Source of the DNA: Naegleria gruberi | Lineage: Eukaryota | Length of the DNA: 64,000 bases | Reading direction: 5' to 3' (one strand) | NCBI GenBank assembly: GCA_000004985.1 | Contig: GG738865.1 | The notes under the pieces: model-generated | What the model was told of the DNA's origin: nothing | Databases searched by the model: none | Seen by the model: the letters and a program-made list of their open reading frames with translations, nothing else | Made by a program: the position numbers and the translations under genes | Shown here: positions 1 through 10,660 of the stretch, one piece after another | How positions within the stretch are numbered: the first letter of the stretch is position 1 | Layout of the letters: each line of letters begins with the position of its first letter

Positions 1-240
1 CTTGTTGATCTGTTGTTTCTGCTTTTGCTGTTTTGGCTTGTTCTTCAACAATAATTGATCTAAATTAATTGCATCAAATGTCTTGTATGGCTTGATATTA
101 GATATTGGTGGGATCATCACATCATCATCAGCATCAGTAACACTGTTATTATTATTATTCTTATCAACAGATCCAAACAGTGCTATCAGTGGATCAAAAT
201 CTTCCCTCAGAAACACATTCTTTCTCTCACTCATTTCCAT
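1..240 (-). CDS. Partial CDS, 5' end of a minus-strand gene running off the left edge. It reads MEMSERKNVFLREDFDPLIALFGSVDKNNNNNSVTDADDDVMIPPISNIKPYKTFDAINLDQLLLKNKPKQQKQKQQINK... Function unknown.
   Basis: Open frame on the minus strand from ATG at 240..238 to position 1 with no stop, and an in-frame TGA upstream at 249..247. The ORF track omits it because it has no stop in the window. Non-repetitive composition with an Asn run. The start context is not the usual A-run, so the true start may be elsewhere. Confidence 0.3.
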   Translation of the reverse strand, partial: MEMSERKNVFLREDFDPLIALFGSVDKNNNNNSVTDADDDVMIPPISNIKPYKTFDAINLDQLLLKNKPKQQKQKQQINK

Positions 241-598
241 CAAATTCAATACAATATTAACGAAAAGCGTATACTCCAAATAATATCCAACACAATCTTG
301 TTATTCGTAATGATGATGATAACGCCTTCAAACACCTCGCATCAAATCAGCACCAAATATTTGTAACGGTTTTATTTTAAAAAAAATTATTGCTCCCTCT
401 CTCACCTTGAGAATCAACAGTTATCCTTGGTTCATCCTCTCGCTAACTAACGGCTGTGGTGTTGGAATTTTTTTATGTTGCACCAAGTTACGGTTGGGCA
501 ATCTTCCACTAAGCTAACGTGCTGGAGGTTACCAGTTCTTCTCCGAAGAGATTTGTGAGCTGGAAGATAATTGGATATTTGAAATTGAATTTGTGAAT

Positions 599-3500
599 TT
601 ATTGAAGGAAGGAAGATAATTTGTTTTGGAGTTGGTTAGTGAAATATTCCTTCATTTTGGATAATGGAGAAAAGATTTTGGATACAATTGACTTGGATTT
701 GCTGGAGATCATGATCATGGTTGAAGTTGGACTAGATTGCCACAAGAGACCGTAAGCAAATATTCTGAAAACTAATCCAAAACTGAGAGCGACCAGGACT
801 AGATAGAGAATGTGATCACTTTGGTAACTGTATAGAGATAGACTCTTTACAATATTGTAATCCTCTTCATAGTTGATAATTTCACCAATGTAGAGCAATT
901 CTCTGACATAACGAGCATGAGAAAGAAGTGGAAACATTGGAAGTGGTTGTGGCATTTCATTCAAATCGGTCAATGTTGGAGTTCCTCCACAAAACATGTA
1001 AGACAGAAAGATTATGGTTGCACATGTAATTTGTCTCAGTTGTGGACTCACTGTAATTGAAACACAGTAAGCTATTGGAAAGGTAACATAGCTCAATAAG
1101 AACATGCTTCCAAAATAGAAACCAAAACTTGCTCTAGGTGAAATGATAAAGTAAAAAGTCAAGGAAAAGAAGAAGGAAACAATGAGAACTTGCAAGTTGG
1201 CTAACAGATCCTTGACCAGAAAGTACATGATAGAATTGATACCATTCAAAGTTTCTCTGATATAATTTGCCTTTTCGTTACCAAAGACTCTCAATGAAGA
1301 CATGGCAGCTGTCAAACTACATCCAAATATTAATAAACTTGCTAGGGCTATCACGTAATCCTTTTGAGGAAGTGCACAAATTGCAATCTTATCAGTTGGA
1401 CATTGATAGACTATACTCTTATCTACAGGTCCTTGATACAAATCACCAGACTGATTCAGGAATAACAATCCCAATAGAAAACCAGCAAGTATACTCAAAA
1501 CAGCATCAAAGATAATACTCATCCAACTTCTGGCCATTTGGATAATGGATCTAATCATTAATGCAATGAATTGTTTGTAAAATGGAGAGACATCTTTGGA
1601 GTGACGAGATTTTCCTCCTTCCTTATTATTTTCCCTTTCAGTTTGCTGAGATGGAATAAGGGAAGGGGTTGATGACAACTCCTCAGCAATTGAATCAATT
1701 CTTAATTGTAATTGATTCAATTCTTCATGAGTAGCTCCAGAAACAAAATCTAAAATTTCATCTGCATTGGCACCTCTCTTGATTTTGAGAATCTTTCCAA
1801 CTTCCCTACATATCACCTCACGCTTACCTCTCAAAACAACTTGTTTAGTCTTGAAAACCATGACATCTGTAAAGAGACAGAAAGTTTCATAGGCAGGTTG
1901 ATGGATAACACAAATGACTGTTTTTCCTCCATCTGCAATTTCCTTGAGGATTTTACAAGTTTTGTTTGCTGTCAAATAATCAAGACCCTACGAATATAAA
2001 ACGATTGATATTGATGAATTTACCAAAAATAGAAAATTGATTAATATAATTAGGAAAATCAAAAAAAAACATACAGTTGTAGGTTCGTCCAAAATAAGAA
2101 CTGCTGGTTGAGTAACCAATTCAATTCCTACATTCACTCTCTTCTTTTCACCACCTGAAATTCCTCTATGCTCTTCATTTCCAATAATTGTATTCGAAGC
2201 ATCATAACCTTCCTTAATAAGCTTCAAATCTCTCAAAACCTTATCCACAACCTTTCTATGTCCATCCATATCCAAATAATCATTCCTAACAAAAGAATTA
2301 AACATGAGTGTCTCTCTTGGAGTCAGAGTATGAATCATTATATCCTGTTGTGGCACAAATCCAATTAATCTCTTTTGGGAATCGGATTTTAATTGCTTCT
2401 TGCCAATATAAACTTTCCCGCCCATTTTACCACGTGCTCTTCTACTCAGAGTGTTGATGAAAGTTGTTTTGCCACTTCCAGATTCTCCTAGAATTGCAGT
2501 GAAGGTGAATGGATGGAATTCGCCACTGCTTTCGTATAGATGAGTGTTACCTGAGAAATCTTTGAAATTCAACTTTTCGTAAGTGATTTTGGCTCCTGTT
2601 TGAGAAGTTTTGGTTTCAGATACGGATTCTTCTAGTTTCTTTGAAGGTTTCTTTAACAAATTAATGGTAATCTTTCGAATAAATAATGGAAGAAATGTGG
2701 AGATTTCACCAGAATATAAAACTCTTTGAATTCTCATGGAAATTGACAAAGTGGCAATCAAGCAGAAAATCAAAATCAAGACGAAACCAATCATGAGCCA
2801 AGTAACTTCACTCATGGAACTTTCTACATAGTAGGAACCACTGATAGTGAATGGGAAACTTGTAGAATTACTTTCTATATAATCTTCTAATGAGGATTCG
2901 GATATTGTTGTCAAGTAATCATATCCTACATAATTAGAACTATTCGAAAGTGTTTCAACTGAGTAAAAGTTGACTTGAAATAAAATTCTCACACCATAAT
3001 TTCCCTTTTCTTCAATTTCTGTTGAATTATCAACAACAGATAACGCAAATTGTTTAAAACCATATTTAGTATTAGAAGTAATCCAATAATTGACCGAATA
3101 TGGATCTAAATAATAAGAAGAGTTGTAGCTCTCAAAGGAAGATAACTCTTTAAAGTAGTAAATGTTGAATGTTGTTGGAGAATAGTAAAATAAAGTCAAC
3201 TTGTCCAAATTTTCAAAAGTTTCACTTGTAGAGTTAATGGAAATGATCTTTTGGGAGAAACATGTCTTGACGAGAGTTGAGTTGAGAGTTGGGTGCTTGT
3301 AAACGAAACCATTGTCAGTGTTGCATGTACTCGAAAATTCTTCATTGAAATAGACGAATTCTGACGAAACTCTTCCGATACTGTAGTAAGAATAATAGAT
3401 GGTTCCACTCAATATCAACATGTAAATGAAAATGAAGAGTGAAATTAACATGCAAGTGATACCATTCTTCAAAATGGATTTCCTTTCTTTCGAAGCATTT

Positions 3501-3772
3501 GTTGAGTGAGGTTTCGTATTTGGTTGATGAGTCGTAGATTGAATATCATCATATTCAGATACAATATCCAGTTGAATAGCTTCATCAAATGACGACTGAC
3601 TATCAGAATTTGCACTCACATGTGTTATTGTTGAACTCTTCACCTTCTTATTTGATTCTCTTGGAGTTTCCATTGGTTTCTCCGATCCATTTTCATCATC
3701 TTGCACCTCTTCAATAGAAATTTCATATTCTACTGAGACCTGTTGTTGACTTGCTGTTCCAAGAGTGGACAT
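599..3772 (-). CDS. ABCG-family (White/WBC-type) half-transporter with an N-terminal extension, about 1028 aa. Model: join(2075..3772, 599..1987), intron 1988..2074 (87 nt).
   Basis: Walker A GESGSGKTT, Q-loop VPQQD, ABC signature LSGGEKKRVNVGIE and Walker B LILDEPTT lie in ORF 1988..3847. The D-loop/H-loop part (GLDYL...VICVIHQP) and a 6-TM ABC2 membrane domain lie in ORF 599..1975. The two are joined by a GTATGT...TAG intron placed right after DEPTT, phase 0, with the frame preserved. The preferred start is ATG 3772..3770 (MSTLGTASQQ), which has an A-run context (AAAAAAAAACATG). An alternative upstream ATG is at 3847. About 130 cytosolic residues, then TM1, a roughly 230-aa N-glycosylation-rich domain and TM2 precede the nucleotide-binding domain. 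Confidence 0.8.
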
Positions 3773-4025
3773 GTTTTTTTTGATTTGTAAACTAATTGCA
3801 TCAGTTTCGTATATCATTCTTTTAACCCAACAGTCAAGAAACAACATTGAAAGTTCTAATGCAATGTTTTAATCAGTGAATTTTCTACATACCGTTGTGG
3901 TAGAATCTTCCATCAGAACACATTCAAAAACTTGTTTGTTGCGTGACGGAACATTTTCAGCTTTTTGAAATATGAACTTGGATCACAAAAATGGATCGTA
4001 CTACCAAGTTTGGAACATTTGCTGT

Positions 4026-4037
4026 TTTGGCGCCAAC
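4026..4037. promoter_or_regulatory. E2F-like palindromic element TTTGGCGCCAAC in the shared divergent promoter of the two ABCG genes.
   Basis: The exact 11-mer TTTGGCGCCAA is one of three copies in the window, all in 5' intergenic DNA. It matches the E2F consensus TTTSGCGC and sits in otherwise AT-rich spacer. Confidence 0.4.
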
Positions 4038-4266
4038 AATTTTCACTGAATATTCGAGTTCTTGGTAAGCAACTGCTTATCACACAATCTTCTTGTCATA
4101 CGTTGAACGGTAAATAGTTCATCATCAAAGTTTCGAATAAGTTTTCCCAACACAAAGTAACTTTCAAAGAAACTTTCAACAAAAAAATGTCAAACAACAA
4201 CTCTCAAACACTCTTTCGTCTTGGCCTTCTTCCACAGAATTATCCACTCAGTGGAATGCCTTCTGT

Positions 4267-7200
4267 GTGGTGCCAATTTCAATCTTGATTTTATGTTTCG
4301 TCATGTTGACGAGTTCATTAGTTTTTGGCTTTAGAAATATGATTCAATTTCCAAAACAACAAAAGAAGAGAAAGGAATTGAATAGAAAGGCGACTGTTGG
4401 TAATTTGAATAGTGATAAAGGTGATATGAGAAATGTTAGTGCTAATTCGTTTGTATTCGAAAGTGAAATGATTAGTTTGGGAAGAGAAGAGCAAGAACCT
4501 AATACTTTTGAACAATTGGGATCTATCGGATTGAATATTTTGAAAAAGACTGAAGAAAAACCAAGTACCACCTCATCAATTAATCAACCAATTCAGGTTG
4601 AAATTAGTAGAAACCTTTCGTCTTCCTCTGTGATGAATTCTTCAATGAAAAATCTCAAGACCATCAATACTACACCAGTTAGTTCACCTAATTTTTGGTC
4701 TCTCTACACTCCTCTTATCATTCTAATCACAATTTTATTAATTCTCTCCTTAATTTGCATCTGTATTGTAACAGCAATTTCAATTTACCAAGTTGACTAT
4801 TTAACACAAAATATTCAAACATTTAATTTAGACAATTCACATCCTGAATGGACAAACACAAGAACCATGACTGAATCTTACGGATCCACCAAGACATACA
4901 CTGAAACTCTTATCCAATTGACTTCATCTCAACAATCCAAAGCTCTCTATGGGTTGTACTCTGCCAATTCAACACTCCGCATTCTCCTCTTCAAGAATCA
5001 AAGCTTATATGATGAGTTTGATACATCCAACTCTATTAATTACTACTCTTCTGATGTAAAGGAGATTAACAAGACGAAACAGGGTGTTATTTTGAATTCA
5101 TGGAAATTGTGGAATGGAAATTCAGATTCAAGCTCACAACAAACATTTCATTTGTTAATTCAGGTGGAGAATTCATCATCTGCTTATGAAGCAATATTCC
5201 ACTTGATTGTTGAGGATGAAAACTATTCAAATGCTTCAAACTTTTTAGTTTTTGTGTGGATTTTAATTTTGGAAATTTTAGTGTGTTTGATAGTTTCGAA
5301 TCAAATTTACTTGTCAATGATTTCTTACGATCCAACCAATAAGCAACTTTTCATTAGTGAGTGGACATCTCCTTTTACATTTTTCTCGTGTAAGAAAGAA
5401 TCAGAAAGTGAAATTTCATCAAAGAAAGATGTTACAATAGAATTTAAGAATTTGAGTTTTCACAGTTTTGAGGGAAAACGAATTTTGAATAATATTTCAG
5501 GAAGAATTGAATCAGGAAAGTTGACAGCCGTGATGGGTTCAACAGGGAGTGGTAAATCAAGTTTCTTAACTGTGCTGAGTAAGAGAGCTCACTATGGAGT
5601 TCAAGAAGGAGAAATTAAACTAAATGGACGAATTCTTACAGAAAGTTTAAAGAAGGCCATTGGTTTTGTCCCTCAAGATGACATTATGATCTCAAGTTTA
5701 CAAATCTGGGAAACTCTTATGTTCAGTTCCATCTACCGATCCATGACATCATTATTCTTTCCCCTGTTTCGAAAGGTCAAAGAAACTGCCGAAATGTTAA
5801 ACATTCGCCACAAACTCTTCAGTACCATTGGTGATGTCAACAAGAAAGTCCTCAGTGGTGGAGAAAAGAAACGTCTCAATGTAGGCATTGAAATAATCAA
5901 CGAATGTCAGGTCCTCCTCCTCGACGAACCAACAAGTGGCCTGGACAGTAAGCAAGCTCTTTTGTTGTGTAAAATTCTGGCCCAGAAAACAAAGAATGAA
6001 GGGTTGAATGTTATTTGCGTGATTCATCAGCCATCTGCTGAGATTTATGAAATGTTTGATGATTTGATATTGTTTAGGAATGGTGAGATGATTGCTCATG
6101 GAGATGCCAAGCAGATTGCAAGTAAATGTGCGAAGGATATTTTGCAAATTTCAGATAATTTTGAAAAGCAAGACGAAAGTGAGGGAAAGGAGAGTGAGGA
6201 GTATAATAATCCTGGAGATTGTGTGATTGCTGCCATGGATATAATGACAGCAGAACAGCAACAGGAACTGATTAGGATTCAACCCTCCCTCAGTAAGTTT
6301 AAACTTGATAAGGGTGGATATCAAAATGAAATGTCAAATTTCATTCCTGTTCCAAATGTGCCATTCTACATTCAAGGATTGGCATTCTTATTCAGAGGAG
6401 TACTCCAAATCTTCCATGAATTCTCATCATTTGCCACTGATCTCCTCATTAACACAATTAGTGGAATTTTCATTGGCGCCATTTTTGTTGGAAGTTTAAA
6501 TTATAATGGTCAGAGTACTGAAGAAATTGCAAAGAAATGCCCAACTTATCTCTACTCGACATGTTCCCAGGCACAAGAGGATGATATTTCTGCATTTATT
6601 AGTATTTTGGTTCTTTCGATTAGTTTATCTTCAATACTGAGCTCTTTGAGTATTTTTGGAAGGGATAAGGTTGTGTTTCGTAGAGAATCTCAAAGTGGAC
6701 TCAATTCATTGGTTTACTTTTTGGTGAAGGATGTGATGGCATTTATTCCAATTAGTTTGGCTTCATTCTTTTTCACAATTTCTAGTTATTATTTGGCTAG
6801 TCCAAAAGGATCGCTGGTTGACTATTTTAAACTGAACTTTCTGATAACTGCCACAACTTATCCGATTGGATATATCATTTCCATAGCGATGAGGACTGAG
6901 ATCTCTCAGATCGCTTCTGGCTTAGTTGTGTTCGTTGTGTATTTATTCTCCGGTGTAACTCCAACTATTCCTGAAATAAGTAGTTTCTATTTTCCTTATT
7001 CCTGGCTTCCACACTTTTCCTTTTTGAGATATGCAAATGAGATATTATACTTGAATGAGTTGAAAAATTATTCATCCTACGGCAAGAGTGTTGAGTCGAA
7101 AGGTTACATTATGGAAATGATTGATGTGAATATGATGTTCATGGTTTCGTTTGCTTTCTTTTTCCATATTTTGGCAGCTGTTGTGTTGTGGCAATCTGTA

Positions 7201-7305
7201 CCTGGTTCTTATGTTAGCATTTGGACTAGTTTGATTAAGAGTAAGGTTACTTTATTCATTCAAACTATTAGAAATCTAAAAAACAAGACGAGCAAAAATT
7301 CCTAA
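4267..7305 (+). CDS. Second ABCG-family half-transporter, a paralogue of 599..3772 with the same extended architecture. The start codon is uncertain: ATG at 4301 or 4338, or an upstream A-run ATG at 4187 joined by an intron.
   Basis: Walker A GSTGSGKSSFL, Q-loop VPQDD, signature LSGGEKKRLNVGIE, Walker B LLLDEPTSGLDS and H-loop VICVIHQP are followed by a 6-TM ABC2 domain. Upstream of the nucleotide-binding domain there are two TM helices (LIILITILLILSLICICIV and LVFVWILILEILVCLIV) flanking an NxS/T-rich roughly 190-aa domain. The first 11 codons of the listed ORF (4267..4299) come from a GTG alternative start and are probably not translated. The frame is open from 4141 with no ATG before 4301. 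Confidence 0.8.
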   Translation: MVPISILILCFVMLTSSLVFGFRNMIQFPKQQKKRKELNRKATVGNLNSDKGDMRNVSANSFVFESEMISLGREEQEPNTFEQLGSIGLNILKKTEEKPSTTSSINQPIQVEISRNLSSSSVMNSSMKNLKTINTTPVSSPNFWSLYTPLIILITILLILSLICICIVTAISIYQVDYLTQNIQTFNLDNSHPEWTNTRTMTESYGSTKTYTETLIQLTSSQQSKALYGLYSANSTLRILLFKNQSLYDEFDTSNSINYYSSDVKEINKTKQGVILNSWKLWNGNSDSSSQQTFHLLIQVENSSSAYEAIFHLIVEDENYSNASNFLVFVWILILEILVCLIVSNQIYLSMISYDPTNKQLFISEWTSPFTFFSCKKESESEISSKKDVTIEFKNLSFHSFEGKRILNNISGRIESGKLTAVMGSTGSGKSSFLTVLSKRAHYGVQEGEIKLNGRILTESLKKAIGFVPQDDIMISSLQIWETLMFSSIYRSMTSLFFPLFRKVKETAEMLNIRHKLFSTIGDVNKKVLSGGEKKRLNVGIEIINECQVLLLDEPTSGLDSKQALLLCKILAQKTKNEGLNVICVIHQPSAEIYEMFDDLILFRNGEMIAHGDAKQIASKCAKDILQISDNFEKQDESEGKESEEYNNPGDCVIAAMDIMTAEQQQELIRIQPSLSKFKLDKGGYQNEMSNFIPVPNVPFYIQGLAFLFRGVLQIFHEFSSFATDLLINTISGIFIGAIFVGSLNYNGQSTEEIAKKCPTYLYSTCSQAQEDDISAFISILVLSISLSSILSSLSIFGRDKVVFRRESQSGLNSLVYFLVKDVMAFIPISLASFFFTISSYYLASPKGSLVDYFKLNFLITATTYPIGYIISIAMRTEISQIASGLVVFVVYLFSGVTPTIPEISSFYFPYSWLPHFSFLRYANEILYLNELKNYSSYGKSVESKGYIMEMIDVNMMFMVSFAFFFHILAAVVLWQSVPGSYVSIWTSLIKSKVTLFIQTIRNLKNKTSKNS

Positions 7306-7655
7306 TATAATGCAAAGATACCATACCACTAGTGTAATGTAATTATTAAACAATTATTATTATTATCTAATTGAGTAAAATCTTGGTTGTAGACTATCAG
7401 AAATAAACAAAATCAAACTGATGCAAATCTTGGCTTTCCAAAATGAGAATATTCATAAATACTTTTCTCTGACTCCCACTTTCCAAAAAAATCACCAATA
7501 GCAACTTTGATAATTGTAAATATCGGTTTGAGTCTTCAATGTCAGACAATTTTTTTCTTCTTCCTCATTATCCTCGGATCAGAATTGTCGTAATTTTTTG
7601 ATTTTCTTTGTGACTATTAAATAACAAACAATAAGCAGATACGTTCATGTAGGTT

Positions 7656-7678
7656 GGCGGGAAAAGTTTGGCGCCAAT
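7656..7678. promoter_or_regulatory. Tandem E2F-like sites: GGCGGGAAAA (reverse complement of TTTTCCCGCC) at 7656..7665 and TTTGGCGCCAAT at 7667..7678.
   Basis: The second exact copy of TTTGGCGCCAA lies directly next to a canonical TTTCCCGCC-type site, 40-60 bp upstream of the ATG at 7718. The local GC island sits in AT-rich spacer. Confidence 0.45.
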
Positions 7679-7717
7679 AATTTACATTTCCATTCATTTT
7701 TAAAACAATTTAAAAAA

Positions 7718-10548
7718 ATGTCTTTTGGGCGCTACAACCAAACCTACCAAGAAGAGGAGGAAGATAGAATTGGAGACGTGGAAGAGGAGGAAGCCGACGA
7801 AGAAGAAGAAGAGGAAGGAGGTTTTGGAAATCCATATGATGATACTTCATTTGAGGATACTAGTCATTCAAAGCAATCCCCTTCATCATCATCACAAAAT
7901 AATGCAAGAAGTGTCTACTCTCCAAGTGCTAGTTATAATAGTATCCCTAATCAGAGTTCAACATCGTTTAATGCCTCATCTTCAACAATGAATGGTTCGT
8001 TATTTACGAGTTCTCACACCAAATTGCCACCAGTCAATGGAGCAACACCAGCATCAACAACACCAACTAATTATCAAACCAATATCGATCTAAGAAATAG
8101 CAATGTTACTAACAAGGAGAATATTAACAATTCTTATGAAGCAACATCGGCTAGGAGTGATCGTTCTACTTACAAGCCATTTACTTATAATCCTCTTCCT
8201 TACCCAACTTCTGCCCACACCCCTTCCACAAATCAACCTCAATCTGTTCCCTACCCTTATGAACCACATGCCCCTCCATCCATTCACTCTGATAGATCTC
8301 TCAAGAGAAAGGAATCATCGGATGAATTATTTGAGGTGATGAATCATCACCACAATGATGTCAACAACACATCAACAGATTACTTTACAAATCGCCCAAG
8401 AAGTGCTGGGAGACCTTCATCTGCCTCTACGCGTCCTTCAAGTGCAGGCTCTACTAGGTCAAAAGTTAATCCCTCTCAATACAAGCTCTCACACATCCCA
8501 ACACCTAAGCAATTTCCAATTGCCTCTTCAAGAAGCACCAATAGTGTTTTAGAGAAGAATACACTCTCTAAAAAACAAGTTGTACAAAATTATTTATCTA
8601 CTGCAAACAAGAGTATGAAAAAGAGAACAATTCCTACCAACTTTTTCAAAGATCCAGAAGGAATGTATATGGATTTGCAAGAATTAAGACAAGAGGTCGC
8701 TATACTAAGAAGAGATAATCAATCACTAAGGACAGCTGCTCAAAAATCAGAAGCTGACAGTACTAGAAAACAAAAGCAAGTGGAGGAGCTACTGAGAGCT
8801 CATGCCCTTGTCGAAACTAAGGGAACAAGATATGAGAATCTTTTCAAGGAAGTCAATGTAAGTACAATATTAGAGACTCGAATTTAACTCGAAAATTATA
8901 GCTTGTGAAGAGCTTGAAATCAAGAATAAGAGAACTTGAAAAGAACCTAAGTGAAAAGGAAAATGAGTTCCAAAGAATTAAATTGGACAGTAGATACACC
9001 AGAGTGAGAGAATTGGAAACTGAATTAAAGGCATACTATACTGAATCAAGAAGACTTCAAAAGGTTGTGGAAGATTTGGAATTGGAAAAGCAGGAACTTG
9101 AAGTGATTGATGAGGAAAATGAAAAATTAAGTCGCCAAAACGTGAAACTAAGAGAACTAATTGTAAAAATGAAACAAGTTCAAGATTATTATAAGGAACA
9201 AAACGAGTCCATTTCTGAAGAGTTGAGATATGTGAGAGACAATAATGGTGCTTCATCTAGGTTATCAGCGCAAGAACATCAAATTGATGACATGTCCAGA
9301 ACGATACATGAACTCAATGAAAGGTTGTCAGAGTATGATCAACAATTGACAGATACAAAGAAAGCAAATGCAGAACTGCAAAGCATTAGTGATGGAATTC
9401 AATTTGATAACAACTCTCTGAGGAAAGAGAACAATGACATGAAAAAAGCAATCGAAGAACAAAAACAAAATTACGAAAGAAAACTCGCAGAAAAAGATAA
9501 TGCTATTACAGAGCTGGGCAAACAGCAGGAATCATATTCACATCTCAGATCGAGTGTGGTGACTGTAGAACAGAGAGTGACAGAGAAGGAGAAGGAATGT
9601 CAATTCCTTACTGCCACACTTAAGGAAAAGACCGATTTGTTAAGTGCCAAGAATCAAGAAATTCTAACACTAAGAAGCAAGATGGAAGGTGTTGAAGAGC
9701 AAAATAATACCCTCATGACCAAATTCAAAGACATGAAAACAATGAATCTCAAATTGTTGGATGAAGTGGCAAATTTACAAAACAAGCTTGCCAATTCAGC
9801 CATGAACACTCCTCCACCAGTGCCAATCCAACCTGTGCATAGCAGTGCTCACGAACAACCAGCCTATGAAGATGTTATTGATCCTGTTGATCTCGTTGAA
9901 TCACCAGAAATTAACTATTGCCCTCCAGAACCAATTGAGGAAGAGGAAGGACTACAACAACCTGAACAACATTCATCAGTCCCGCAAGTGGAACCATCAA
10001 ATGATACTCCAAACAATGTACAAGAGGTTGAAGAAGAAGAGGAACAACAACAAGACGATGACATTGGAGGAAATTACAGTTTTGAGGATGAGACAGAAGA
10101 TCAAGAAGAGTCAATTTACGATGCGGCAGCAACAAAGATTCAGAGATGTGCCAGAAGGTTCTTGGGAAGAAGAAGAAGGCAGAGAATAATATCAGATCGA
10201 GAGCAATTAAGACAAGAACAAGAACTTCAAGCACAACCAGAAGAATCAACGAATTATGAAGAAGAGCAACACCAACCTGTAACTGTTTTGGAAGAGTCCT
10301 ATCAAGAAGAACCGTCATTTGAAGAAGACCACCATGGTGGTGCAACATATGATGAGTTTGGAGGAATGGTTGACCATGACGAGCATGATTATTATGGAAC
10401 TGGTGATTCATTTGAAATGCAAGAAGATCAACACGAACCAATTAACTTTGATGACGATGATAGAAGCGAGGAACACAATTTCAATGATGATAACTTTGAT
10501 GACAATCACTACGATCATCACGATAGCTATGGTGATGATGAGTGGTAA
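7718..10548 (+). CDS. Acidic coiled-coil protein with a C-terminal IQ motif, about 926 aa. Model: join(7718..8857, 8902..10548), intron 8858..8901 (44 nt).
   Basis: ORFs 7718..8887 and 8905..10548 are joined by a GTAAGT...TTATAG intron, phase 0, giving a continuous ...KEVN|LVKSLKSRIRELEK. The start is AAAAAAATG. The protein has a Glu-rich N-terminus, a Ser/Thr/Pro-rich region, roughly 300 aa of heptad-type coiled coil, an IQ-like motif (IQRCARRFLGRRRRQR) and an Asp/His-rich tail ending DDEW. Confidence 0.65.
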
Positions 10549-10660
10549 AATAAATATTATTAATTCACTAGCTCTGTAATTTTTGAGGAACAATTAATCT
10601 AAAATACAAATTACATTTAGAATAAATAATTGGTGTTTATATAATACAGAGAAGAGAATT

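Noticed and set aside
83-283. Plus-strand 66-aa ORF at the left edge.
   Set aside because: It overlaps a longer, stop-free minus-strand coding frame (1..240) with plausible protein composition. The plus-strand ORF is low-complexity (Leu/Ser runs) and has no start context.
4267-4330. Hydrophobic N-terminus (VPISILILCFVMLTSSLVFGF) of the listed ABCG2 ORF, as a possible signal peptide or extra TM helix.
   Set aside because: The listed M is a GTG pseudo-start and there is no ATG in this frame before 4301. An extra N-terminal TM would invert the topology needed to keep the nucleotide-binding domain cytosolic. The paralogue has a long hydrophilic N-terminus instead.
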